A stretch of DNA of 64,000 bases from Klebsormidium nitens (lineage: Eukaryota; Plantae; Klebsormidiophyceae), in NCBI GenBank assembly GCA_000708835.1, contig DF237092.1, positions 110,943 through 174,942 of the forward strand. The letters run 5' to 3'. Of the stretch, positions 14,001 through 26,900 are shown one piece after another (the first letter of the stretch is position 1; every line of letters begins with the position of its first letter). The translations under genes and the position numbers were made by a program. The notes under the pieces were generated by a model, which was not told the origin of the DNA, did not search any database, and saw nothing but the letters and a program-made list of their open reading frames with translations.

Positions 14001-17000
14001 GAGCTCCAGTTCCTTTTCCTGATGTCAGCGGAAGCGAATCCGGAACAGACCGCGTGAGTATCTGCGCATGCGCGTGACTACGACCATTGTGCGGGGCACG
14101 AAGTAAAGACGTGTCAGGCCATCCTGACTCTCTTGTCATCCTACTAGGAAGTTATAGCTTAATTCCGCCTGGTCGCGAATGGGCTATGCGTTTCTCTCTG
14201 TCTTGCTTTGATCACTGCTGACTCGCCCTAGCTTGAAAACCAAGTAAAATGGTGAGAGGAAAGCGTGAAAAGAAAAATTTTAACGGTTCAGCATCGTCGG
14301 TAATCATCTGACTTCCAAAGGTATGCTAGCCAGCGTTCTGTCTGTGGTTCAACGTGCCAACAAAAGCCTGTGTTTTTGTTGCAGGCTCGTTAGGTTAGCG
14401 CAGAGAAAGTGCGGTGGCTTGGCGGCGGCTCTGCGTTTGTGTCACGACACCACGATTCACATTAACTGCAACCGCTCAAAGGACAGGATCATACTCTGAA
14501 CCCTCTGCATCGTGCTTTATCTTCTTCAAATCACTCGGAACCAGATATGCGCCATCCGAGTGGCCGTGATGCAATTTACTGCGTTGGGCCGTTGAAGGCC
14601 CAGCTAAGCAGGGACCCGAAGCCACGTCATTTGTAACTTCCTGGATGCATGCAGCAAAGCCCTGCCGCCTGTTTGGTGCGAAGCACACGACCGACGTATA
14701 AATACCCTTGCAGCCTTGATAACCTTGAAGCTTATGGCTGCGCTGTGTCCGTTGATTTCTTTTTGATCTCTCTATCAAAATGCAAAACAGCTGCCGTCCG
14801 CGTCGGCTTGTCCTGAAACAAAACCTGAACCTGTTGCACTTCTTCGGTTTCGGTCGTCGGTATCAGCGGGCTCAGAAGTTCACCGATAGCATAGCATAGC
14901 ATAGCCTTCAAGCTGCTCGATTGGTTTTGGCGAACAGTAAAAGAGGTCTCAATAAGTGGATATTACTGCGGTGTATATACCCAAAATTGCCTCCTCCGGG
15001 CCGCAGTGCACCCGGCGAAACGGTTTTCGTTTGTATGGGCGGCGAAGAGTGCATTTCCTCTTCCGCAGTCATTCGATTAAGATGGGCCAGACAAGCTTCT
15101 CATCTTGGTACATGAGCGCTCGAAGGATATTACTGTATCGTCCACCGTCTAACAGAAACACTACTGCTTTCGATCTTATTTGCCTTCTTTGTTTTGAGCA
15201 AAATGGCAATGATGAGCACCAAAACTGACCGCCAGTGCTGGCAGGTCAAAGGTAGGGGTGTGTATCCAACAGCCAGCGGACTATAGAAAGACTTAAAAGA
15301 CCGGAAGGAATTGAAAGGCTTGAAAGCCTTGCTGTAATTTCGAATACGTACGTAATCATGTTGAGGGCTTTCGATTGCGGTTGTGAGGGAACACAACATG
15401 AGAGCTTCTCACATTCGTTGTTGTTGCATTGCCTCTAAACTGTCGCTAGCTTCAGAGAGCGCACAATTCTATGTGGGTGATATATCTTGCCTTCCTGGCT
15501 CTTTAGAAGACAGCCGGCCGCTGAGTAGACGCGATCTGCGTGCGCTTCTGACGCTTTTGCGTCTTCCCCGCCTTTTCAATTGAGACACCTTTCACGAGGA
15601 CGTTTCGCACACTTCGTCAGATGTATCACAACGTCAAAACGCCCTGTCACAGATTGGAGCCGCTGAATCTATCGTCTCATCTTCTGGGCGATCAAACGGC
15701 GCCGCTTCAATAAGCCTGGCAGTTATGTGTGCGACGCAAACCTTTGAGCTGCTCGTGGGCGCTTCAGTATCCTCTTATTTGGGCGCTCCCTCCTCTCAGC
15801 AAAAGTGGCGAAGCCCCTGTGCCCAAGTCCAGTTCTTGCGGATAACTTCTACGAACCAGCTCTGAACGATAGGCCTGGATTAGCTGGCGCGAGCTTTACG
15901 AGCAGCCGTGGAGTAACCTCGCCCAGGTTCATCTCGAGATCTTTGTCGGTTCTAGAGCCGGGCAGCCGGGACATGTTTCCGCTGCCAGGTCTTTCCGGGT
16001 CTCCATCGCCAATAGAGACGATTATGTGGATTTGTACTTTGGATAACTTACCCGTCGGGCGTGGAAAAGCTGTGAGAATTGTCTAGACGACGCTCCGTCT
16101 CATCAGCGTTTCCGGGTTTCGGACGCTGCTTCCCCCGATGTGCCCCAAGGACTTTGGCGTGTCAGCAGATTTTCCCTTCCTGGTAAACTGTCTCATTTTG
16201 AAGTAAGCGACGTCTCAGCGTCGAAACGAGCTTGCTCCTCATCAAATTACGATCTTGCGACAATTGGTGTAGGCCTTTCTTCGACCACTGTCTGGGACTG
16301 AAACGGAAAAACCCTGAATACACGAATGTATCGTTGAAAGAGGAGCTGCGGCTTGCGTCATCTTTGTCTCTTCGCGCACATCTTGTGATTGCATAACCAT
16401 CTGAGCTACTCGCGTTCCCACCACGTTTTCATGCGCCTGCCAACACCATCTGAAATCCATCAAAGTCTGTTCTTCTATAGCGCAACTTCTCTACGTAGAT
16501 CTCTCCTTGAAGGTGAAGTTGTACGATGACTTTTGGCCGTGAAGCTGCAAAGCAATAAAGTCATGCGGGTCCCTTACACTTTGACCCGGACCATGCTTGT
16601 TGCAATCACTAGAAGCCATGTAGATATCGTTTTTTGAGATTTTTGGTTCTGGGCTCACCCAAAGATGCATTACTGTGTCTAAACACACTTCCCACAATTT
16701 ATCTGACAAATCCGCCCATTCTTCACGTATGCAATCTCTATATACTGCCCAAGTAGCTGTAAGGTGCCGGTAGACTGATCTCCTTGATCACCCAGACGCC
16801 GGCCCCGGATTGCCATCCGTGGACCTCGGTAATAATATTGGTCCACATCGGTGGCCCCTACTTGAGAGTCAACGATTATTTATCGTCGCTGAGCCATCTT
16901 CATGCATTTCGGAGCGTCGAAACGACGGTCTGCTCTGTGAAAGTTTGCGCACCGCCGATAACATGCAGAACAAAGCGTCAAAAAGATTGGTATGCATTTA

Positions 17001-20000
17001 CTTTGAGGAGCCACGGCGGGAAAGCAGCTAGCTGGCCGTGATGGAGATCGAACGTCGGGGCACGCACCTGAGCGCCATTTGCCTTCTTGACCGCTCCTGA
17101 AGCTGGTTTGAGCCTTTCTTTTTTGCCGTTTACTGAATCTCGTCATTCTCTTGATCCAAACGGATCCGAGTCCTTGCAGCCCGCAAGGACTCGGAATTCC
17201 TCTCCAATCAGTCGAGCAGCCTTGTGACGGAAGTGACTTTCGGGTCCGAACGTTTTGGTGAGCGTCGACAAAACGTTGCGGCTGACGAAACCCATCTAAT
17301 TGGGCTACACGGTGCGGCCGCCTGATTCTGCTTATTCAAGGCAAATCCGATCTACATGCTTCTATGATATTTGTGAACGAGTAGCTCAGCGTTCTCAGGT
17401 ACCACAATCTCAATCGTCCCTGACGACTATTCACGCCTAATAAGTATTAATCTACGGGTCGCTAAGGAACATTCTGAAGATACTTTCCTACAGACAAGCC
17501 ATGGGCTCAGGTTGAAGGTTCTGAAGTGCGGCTGGGACGAGCCACAGCGGGGTCTTGCCTTCTTCCGCTTCAATGCCCTTTTGGGCAGTGTTTGTTTGCA
17601 AATGGATCGAACGCCCGCTTGATTTTGCACTAGAAGCACGCAATCGTACCCCTGATCATGGGCTCCTGTGAGCTGCGAGCTCATGCTAAGCAAGTGATGC
17701 AGAGACCTCGTCCGTTTCGTTAGATGTCAATGCTTAATGCAACTAGGTCTTGGGAGCGGCTCGTTATTCATGAAGGTCCGGTTTGTATGTATCAATCGCA
17801 CTGCGCAGACACCCCCGGGGATGGCCGGAACTGTGTTTGCCTGGGGGCAAACAGCCAAAGTCAAAGACAGTACAAAGTGTCTGTGCCATTTCGGAGTCTC
17901 CACGCGCCTTGATTCATTTCAGCGCAAACTTTGATCACGCAAGTGCCCATTGAAAGTTTCTACTTCTACCCTAAAACGTCCGCGCCTTCGACCAGTGCGG
18001 TACTTTCGCGGCCGGGTTTGTCAGTTGCCGCTTTTAACATAGGCCAAGGTTTGTTCGTACTTTGTTCTGCTTTTATGCTGAAGCAGAGACGCTGTTATAC
18101 TGGCATCAAGTTGAAGTCTCGCTCCAAGGTGGAGCAAGGAAGTGCCTATAAATCATCCTTGAAGCCAGCCCAAAATGCACGACGTCGAAGTGAATCGTCC
18201 CAGCGTATTGACAGGAACAATACTGTCTAAGCCGATTCGGTTGAGCTCACTGATCCTTGTTCAAGGACTGAAATATAGAGATTGCAAAAAAGCACAAAGA
18301 GGATTCTCTGACTGCGCCAGATGATATTCAGCGCTCTGTGCTCTGAGCTCGTGCAGTAAAAACCCTGATGATTAGTGCCGATTCGCCCACGCTCCTGAAA
18401 AAGGTACTTTGAAGAATACGTACATCAAGAAATCTCTCACTGATAGTCTGCTTCTTCGTTGTTCAGAACGACGGCCGCCCTCGCAGAACGTTACTGAGCA
18501 AGCCGAGTGCCCTTCAATCGAATACGTGACGGCCCGATCGTTCTGGCTACACCTGCATTTCTCAGGCAAACGGAAGCGTTCTCACTGAGACAGATCAAAG
18601 CCCGTCAACTTCTTTTACCGACTGCTGGACAGCTGTGGGCTCTCAAACAAAACTCATTGAGTCGGACAACTTTTCTGTAGGGGTTCGCGGCCGCGCAACA
18701 AGCAGCCGTCGCTGCGCGAGCGCGCGAGAGTATTCACCTGGTTCTAAAGTTCGTCCTGACAATTACAAACACATCGCCTTGTATTTTGACGCCTCTTTGG
18801 ATTTGCCAACTATCATCAGCAGGAGGCGGGATCCGCATATAAATGATCGTCTTACGTCCACAGCTTGAAAGGCTGAACCACATTACCAGATTGCTAAGTC
18901 CTGACCAACTCTGCGTGCTACTTTGTTCTCGTCATTGGGAGCAACATCTGCGTTTGTCTGCAAGCTGTCAGAGCTACGTCTCTCGAGGGGCGGAGTACTG
19001 GGGACATTGCATGTTCAAAACAGAATCTTCCCATACTGGTTCGATTTCGGGCAAACGTTCGTGATTCGACAATCTTGCAAAAACAAAATAACCACGGAGC
19101 GCTAGCGAAAGCCCGCGTTCTGTAACAGATTTTCAGTAGATCTAAGCGGCTCCACATAAGTTTTGAACAAGCAGATATGCGTGCCAGTATCCCGTGAACA
19201 GGAATTTGAAGCACCGGTTTGGCAACAGTCTGAAATTCATCCTTGCTGAGACGCCCAGTCGGGCGCCCAGCTAATTTGTTGCCCGTTTGTTGCACGAACT
19301 GCTCTCGGGCGTCGCTGAGATGATGCGAGTCAGCAGTAAAACTTGCCTAGAGATCCGTGGCTCATGCTCCGTGTAAAGCACTGTATCATCCTGGCCGTTT
19401 CGCAAACTGCCGTGAAGCTTTGTTCCCACTTTGTCCTTGAGATGTGCTCAACGGAGTCGCGCTCACGGAAAGTCGACCTCTGAGGCAGTGGGCCGTTGCT
19501 GATCGACAGATCCATATCGCGAACGATCGTACCCTTGAGACGGGTGCATATCTTGCAAATGGAAAATTGCAAAGCCGTAGATTAGGTAAACAGGTTCCGT
19601 TCGGTTGGCTTGGAAGGGAAAGCCTCACTAGGCGTTCGGAGATTCAGACAAGTGCATGTGCACCTACCGCGGGACGCTTTCGCAGTACCGTCCATGTTCC
19701 ATTTCGGGCGCCTCGAAAAGACGGTGGTTCAAGTCGAGCACGGCTATGATGCATGTCATGATGGGACGCAATCTGCTGCACTGGCCGAGTGGTAGTACAG
19801 TGCATCTTGCGGTCCTCGCTAAAGCTCCGCTAGTGATATACGAAGAGGCATTTTCATGAGATTTGGGGGGCCGACTGCAGCTCCGGGGCTTCGAAAGTCT
19901 CCACGAGGTGGCTGTCACAATCGGAAAACAGCTGTGTCCTGCTTTTACGCTCAAGATCGCGCTTGTTCGGCTTGACCCACCGCTTGAGTGAAGCCAATCG

Positions 20001-20528
20001 TTTGCTTTCGGCGTACAATGCGATGCCCAGACATTTATGGGTGTGCCACCTGCTCTTTGATTCAAACTCGGCATATCATATTGAAACCATTTCGAAGAAA
20101 GTTAAATCGACTAACCTGACTGATCAATAAATCGCGCACCATGATGTATTACAAATCCTAGCCTGCAACCTGGCACACCCCAAAAGGCGCATTGCAGTTG
20201 GTGCGCATACGGTCATGCATGCGTTCTAGCCCGGCGGGTGGCGTATACGGTTTCATGCAACAGCTAGGCGAATTACGTGTTCCAGCAAATGATACATGAG
20301 TTTCTTGATCGATCCAAGTCAATGCTTCTCTAAAACTCGACCGACGCAGCTTAAAAGCAACTTCATTGCGGCCCCTAGCTAATTACATGCACGGCAGATG
20401 TTGCTCAGTCTATTGGCGTAACCTTTGTCACTTGTTACTTAGTAGCCTAGCTATAGCAACCAGCCAGCCACACTTTGTGCCGTTCCTCAAGTCCAATTAC
20501 ATTCAGGTTCGTAACCCTAAGCTCAGCG

Positions 20529-22153
20529 TCAAACACATTGAATGTGCTGAACGCTTGATCGGGACTTACATGTATCTTCCAGCAGCACCCACAAGCACTC
20601 TGTAAAAAGCCTGTCCTTGACCAAAACCCAATCAAATACGGCCAGTATGATGGCAACTGCAACTACCAGAACTGCTGGGACAAGAGTGTAAACCAATTGT
20701 ACGGTGTATGTGTTGGCGGTCTTCAAATGGGAGACGAGGCCTTCCTTGTTGTTGATAATGGCTGCCACGTTGTTTGCTATATTTGCGCAATATGCGGAGG
20801 AGTCGAAGATAAGCTCTAGGTTGGTCACTGGCGTATACACACCTAGGTCGGGCACTCTAGTCTCGAAACCTGGGGCCAGATATGCTGAGTTGCAAGAGGA
20901 CAGTATTCCAAACCCCTTCCAAACGTAACAACCTCTGAGATGTTGGGCGACTTACGTGCTTCAATCTGGACACTCTCTCGAAGCTGGTATATAGACCCCA
21001 CTTGTGCAGTACAGTCCAGGTAATCTTTTGTCGCAGGCCCGGTGGGCAGCAGACTGCCTAACAGGCCGCTTAAACCAAAGGTACTGCTTGGATCAAAGGT
21101 GCTGCTTGAACCAAAGATGCTGCTTAACCCAGAGGTGCTGCTTTGTCCAAACCCGCAGGTTACCATTGCAAACACGCCTGGTGCGTTGTTCACATAGAAC
21201 CAGTAGCTTTTACCAAGAACCCCTTTCTGAAAAACATACTGATAGGCAGCCGTGAGGTCATCGGCCCGCGCTATCCCAGTCACATTCTGCGGATAAACCT
21301 TGAACTTCTGGTACGACATCCCAGACAATAGCGACTTGGGCCCTATCCCAGCTTGTGTAATCTAGTAGTTAAACAAGGCTTGTGCTATCGAAATATTTGC
21401 TCCGCCCGGCTGCCTGAACTGGAAAGGGGGCGGGACCTTTGGTGCGGCCGCCGGGTTGGCAACATTTTGGAGCCAATAAGTAAGAGGATCGAGATTGTAG
21501 GGCAGTGCCTCTAAGATGTCGATATTCCCCAGAACCGTGAGCTTGCCCTTGCGCAGAATCTGCTCTAGGGTTTGACCCGTCTCAAGGTGGACTATATGGC
21601 TTCTGTTCAAGGTGATTGGTGTGACACCTGCACTGGCCTGCCTAAGGGGCACTGAAGGGGAATCTGCCAGCAAGCTTGCTGGCCCAATAGCGAGCCCCGA
21701 GAACAAAACATTCAGCAGATCACACCCTGTCAGTCCCGAACAGGCGTCATCTAGAGGCTGCCACGTGAGAAGGCTCGCTTGTGGAGTCTCACTGATGCTC
21801 CATCAACCTCCAGATTGCCCACAAACTCCGTTTCACGACTGACACTAGAAGATACGCGCACAGTCTGCCACATGAGGGGAGGGAGCGCCGTGACTCCCAA
21901 GGAAAGTACAATCAGAATCACGATAGGGTTGGCTAGATGTTTCTTTCGCCACAGGTACCGGCTTAGAGGGTAGACTCCAACCTCCCGAGCAAGGAAAGAT
22001 TCAGTCCTGCACTGCCCCAGATTGGCTGCTGAATGGAAGATGCGCAGCAGAGCTAGCGAGATGCTCATACTGAGGACATAGAAAACGAAGGAGACCACCG
22101 ACGGGCTTGCGATGGTCACGTCCATGCCTGCGCCGTGTGCTAAGATGATATCC
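20529..22153 (-). pseudogene. Disrupted gene for an unidentified membrane protein (two N-terminal hydrophobic segments, large Cys/Ser/Gly-containing loop, C-terminal hydrophobic segment)
   Basis: Four consecutive minus-strand ORFs (21751-22206, 21362-21706, 20843-21328, 20529-20855) stitch into one ~540-aa reading with a frame change near 21750-21805, an in-frame TAG at 21362-21364 and a frame change near 20843-20952. A polypyrimidine+CAG acceptor lies at 22154-22156. Confidence 0.65.
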
Positions 22154-23924
22154 CTGAAGGAAGAAAGAAAGAAGTCCCCAAGATGTAGATAGGAACGAAG
22201 AAACAAAGAGACTGGTCACAACGCACCTATTAGATTAATGATGGCCTGTCCAGGCTACGGCACCCTCCCCCATGTACCGCTCTGCGCCACCTATAATGGA
22301 CAGCCAACCCTCATGGGTGCTTGCACACAGTGCCAGCCTGAGTGCACACTGCAGACTGAAAGCAGCGACTGTGGCAGCTTCTCCCCTGCATCACTGCATG
22401 TGACGTAGCCAGCTTAGGGAACTGATACCTATGTTGATACGGTATGCAAGTAGGTACCGTAGGACCTGGTAGGTAGCTGGTAGGTACGTACGAAGTTGCG
22501 ACAATTGCATGGCTTCAATGTCTGCAATATTCTGTTTGTGGTACCAAAGAAGGCTCTGTCGACATATCAGGCCAAGAGGCACTCCCTTTCCAGTCCAAGG
22601 ATGCTTGATCGGTCGGCCATTGTGATGATGATGCAAAATGGATCATGCAGACTGTGCTGAGGAAATTGGCTCCCCGGAACCCGGGTGGCCGGTAAATGTT
22701 CAATCCCGAGCCTGTGAAATCTAGCCTCTAGCTAGGATAGGGGCCTATTCGGGTTTTTATTTAGGTAATAGCGACCGGTAAATTGCTCCCGATTGACAAT
22801 CACAATGACCACATGGTTCCTCTAAGAAAGCGCCGCATTGCGCAAGCTCTCATCTGCACAAAGGGAGGGGATTGAGGGAATGCTACCTACATCAATCATT
22901 TGAATGACACAGTCTGAACGTCCCCGGGGCCCTTCTTACCGTAGCTGGACACCTGGCGAGCCTGAGCCAACTGGTGGCACGGTCCACCCCCTTCGGGCCC
23001 CGGGGTGGGTCGATCGGTCGGAGAACACAATAATGTTATAAACCGGCCGGAACTGCTACGTCATCAGCTTTAGCCCCAGCGCGGCCCAGCCGACCGGTCG
23101 GCGGTCATGGCATGTGGGCACTGGGTACCCCGAAAAGTACGTCGCCCGTTTTCCGGGGCCGGCCGCAAGGCACGCCCGGTCATTCTGGGCCAAGCCTCGG
23201 GAGTCGGAGCCATAAACCACGTACTACCGGTAGGAGAGGACCGCCCGAAGGGCGGTCCCCCTCCTAGCCCACAACTACCTACCTCGCTCGATCGATCGTA
23301 GGTTCATGGCTCACGCTATGGCCTTTAAAAAGAAGTATGGTTGTATGTATGGACTTATGTATGTATGTACACATGTATCATGACGGGGTGGATACCGTAC
23401 CTACATGCAATCGTCCGTCTCTCATATATTCATGCGAGTGTCGCGTCCAATGTACGTATGACTGCATGAATTCCATTGTTGCCAATCATCCAATTGCAAC
23501 CTATGGCATGATGTGTTCTTCGGGTTGCTGCAGACTGGAATCGGGTTCAACTAGGATAAATTAGGATAATGCCGGCGTTCGGCAAATTGCAGGCAGTCAG
23601 TCAGAATGAGGTTGAACAAGATCCAATACCGGTGAGACCACACCGGGCGCCTGCGATGGTTAAAAGGACCAGATTAGCTGGTGCGATCGTTGGATCGGTT
23701 CTTTAGAAAAATCGAGTCGAAGCGGCCGATCAATAAATGAGTATCTCATATGCGGCCAGGCCACGTATCAGAAGCAATTTGCCGGCGCTACCAAAGCTAT
23801 CACATTTGTAGAGAAAGGTTCTCGTCAGGCAGTCAGAGCTAAGTACCCTGGGGTAACGAGCCAACAGCTTTGCTTGACACCGCACTCTACGCTTCTGCTT
23901 GACGTTTCAGCTCGAGTCTATGTT

Positions 23925-26900
23925 CTAGCTACTAGGCAAATTCAGCCGCTCAGCGCCCTCGGTAATCCTGGCTGATTGGATTACGTCGCCGGTTTTGAAC
24001 TGGGACAACAACTCGATCCCTTTAGTGATGTACCTGCACACAGTCGAGCACGGCTACGATATCCTACGGAAAACAATGGATAAAACCATAAGGCCATCAA
24101 TCAATGCGTTGCCAACCAGATCCTTAGGTCAACACAGCACATCTTCTTGACCGTGTCCTACAAAATGTGGTGTTAGATCGAACTAGCGCCGCGTCCAATC
24201 AGTATCTCCTAACGAGCTCGAGTGCGCAAAATTGACATCTCATATAACTTCGTACGCCCCAAACGACGACGTCAAACAAGACGCGGCTTTGTGAAAAGCG
24301 ACAAGCTCGACAAATGCATAAGGGCGTCTCACCCAAACACCGAAAATTGACCCTCGTCAAAGGAGAGGCCTCCAAGCCCAGCCTGCAACGTGAGTCAGAG
24401 AGTGTTCAGCACTTCGAATTCCTCGAAGCTTTTAAGGAGGGCGTACTAGGACCCATAACGCCTGACGTCAAAAGCGGCATCACAGTACAGGTCTCAGGCT
24501 CATCGTCGCTGCGGAACACGTCAGCAGCGGAACACGTCAGCAGATTTTGTCGCAGCGACCACAACAATAGAATTGGCACTGATCGTGTCTCTGCAATTCG
24601 CGGCGACCTGACGCCCTTTTAATTTCGACTAACGACTTCCTGCGGGTTGCTTTCCGCTTGAGCTTGTGGTTTCAGAAGATCTCATCGAGGGTCGAGAAAT
24701 CGGTCAGGTCATGGACCGAGCAGGAATGAAGGTTTTTGTGTCGTTTTGCAAAGATGCGCCAACGACTGCATCTCAGGATTCTGTGGTCTTAAGAAAACGG
24801 CAAAACTATGGTCTTAATTCGCAAAAAAGCCACCCGGGCGCCTAAATCTCGTTCCGCTCTAGTTTACCCCAGCCCTGATCGCGCTGAGCCGACTTTGGAC
24901 TCGGTCCGCGTGTCCAAAGAACTCATGGCAGACATGTTGGAGCAACATACTACACGTGAGCCAGAAACGGCTGCTCGCCGAGCCAGTATCCGGATGCTTC
25001 TCCACTCCTCACTACGGTTTCAAAGAAGCACTCCGCACCACAGGTCTGAATTGGCGTCTCGTCACTACGGGTTCAACAGACGCAAAAGGCCCTGTAGACG
25101 TGGCATTTGTACTCACGAATTTCCGATCGTAAAGGTAGAAGAACATCTGGGACGCGCTGGACAGGGCCTCCGAGCTGGGGTCGTGGGCTGCGACGACCGC
25201 GCCGTACACCGAGATGGGCAGGATGGGAATCTCGCCGCCCTAGTTCGAAGAGACGGAAAGGGAGGTTAGACTGTCCCCGCCCTAGTTTGAAGGGATGCAA
25301 CACGAGGTTGGGATCTCCCCGCCCTGATGTGAAGGCTTGCGACAAGAAGTTAGGACTTCCCCGCCCTAGTTTGTTGAAGGATGCAAAACGACGAAAGCGC
25401 TGAAGCTTCGAGGAAGGTGCTGGTTTTGAGATGGGCGAAGTCGAAACTGCGCCACCCTAATCGGAAGAAGATGCAAAACGGTTAAGCTGATGGGAGGCTT
25501 AAGAAGATGTTGATTGCGTGAGCAGATGCTTTGGGTCCGCCGCTTGATAATGGGGCATGCACATGCCGTACTGATCGGCGCTCCACGCTGAAATTGCTCT
25601 GGACTCTCCGTCGGTTTAAATGGCGTCGCAAGAGGGTGGCTGCAACGCGATGACGTCAGAGAGCAAGGAGCAGATGCAAAATCTCATTAACAGTGTTGAC
25701 AAAAGTCACGAAGAGGGTCTGTGAAAGACCCTGCACGGTGCAGAAGGTTGCTGTAAGCTGAACGCCTCGAACCATGTTGGGGAAAGCCACGCTCCGCAAT
25801 TCTGCTGTCGCTGAACGAGTGCATTCAACCACCGGATCTCGAAACGCTCAACCCTTTAATGGCAGGTATCTCTTTCCAATATAAAGTCATCCGGAACAGA
25901 TCGAAATTCATTCGGCTGACAGCTCGTTCAGTGGTCCTTTGGGCTCGTCGTAGACAGTTCCTTCCGACGGAAGCCGGGTATTTGGTCGAAAGAACCAGAA
26001 AAGAGGTTAACTTAAACTGAGGCGGTAACCGCTCTCACCTGCACGTCTACTTGCGTCCTGTACTCCGGCTCAAACTCCCCCGCCACCTTGATCTCTAGCG
26101 GCAGCACCCGCCCCTGAGCCGCGGGAATGTCGCCCTTGGTGATGATCGACTGCTGGCCCGCTATGAGCTGGACGCCGTCAAACGCTTGCCGGGAGATCTG
26201 CAGAACAAATAAGAAGCAATACAAATCTAGAACAGGAACATGCTACGGAAAAGAAAGAAAGCAAGATGAGCTCATGAGAAAGCGGAATTGTAATCCAGCT
26301 ACAATCAGCAGATATAGCAGGCTGATGTTAAGCGGACTCGGGTTTAAGACCAGATTCGTGGCAACAATAACGGTTGTAGTGCCGCGTTGCGTTGAGAAGG
26401 AGAGTAGACGGCTCAACGGTCAACTCGTTTGATTTCACATGCACTTGATGGACGCTCACGAATCAAGTAAGCCCAGCTTTGCGGACTTTGGGAAAAGTAG
26501 TCCGCTGCGAAACAGGTCCCTTGACAACACAAGTCATTGGTGTGGTCAGACTGATGCGGCAGGCCCCGTGATACTTGCACCCTCGGGGACCCAAAAGGAG
26601 CAAGAATTCCCCGGTCAAATCAGAATCGTAACGCCATGATCGGAATCGGGTCCAAAGTGCCCAGTCATTCTCTTCCAACGCCTGGGTGCTTCGGTGTGAG
26701 TCCACTGACTCACCAGATCCGCAAAATTCCCGGCTGTGATGGGCGCCGAGTATCCGTCCAGCACTAGTTCAAGCGTCGCTGTGTCTTTGGCGCCACCTCC
26801 CGCTTTCAGCACGAACTTGTCTCCGCCCTTGCGGGCAATCTCTAACGCTACCGTGGCCCTACCGTTCAATCTGCGCAGGAGAAAGCGCCGATTTTGCATG

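Larger units (their letters stand above)
1..20400 (-). other. Gene-poor region of apparently decayed coding sequence (relic of a large mobile element, viral insertion or dead gene cluster)
   Basis: No intact recognisable gene in 20 kb, against dense genes downstream. Several minus-strand stretches read as protein with sparse stops (e.g. ~8180-9230, ~3000-3640, ~5780-6120). Internal repeats have periods divisible by 3 (177, 18, 21 nt). No diagnostic transposase or viral motif was identified. Confidence 0.4.

Noticed and set aside
14820-15000. Plus-strand TCC..SSP..SIAFKLLDWF resembling a CxC domain of KDZ transposases
   Set aside because: It depends on an (ATAGC)4 microsatellite and stops, no KDZ catalytic motifs follow, and the antisense frame looks equally protein-like.
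15990-16030. Degenerate P-loop (WRWRPGKT on the minus strand)
   Set aside because: It lacks the GxxxxGK[ST] glycine and there are no supporting helicase motifs.
1-20400. Alternative genetic code (TGA or TAG readthrough) explaining the interrupted frames
   Set aside because: All three stop types occur, together with frame changes, so decay is more parsimonious.
22900-23080. Hammerhead ribozyme (CTGATGA on the minus strand near 23060)
   Set aside because: No GAAA after a plausible stem II and no NUH cleavage site geometry.
25240-25400. CRISPR-like regularly spaced repeats
   Set aside because: The conserved part is the CYP37 acceptor/exon start, the 'spacers' are homologous to each other, the context is a eukaryotic intron and there are no cas genes.
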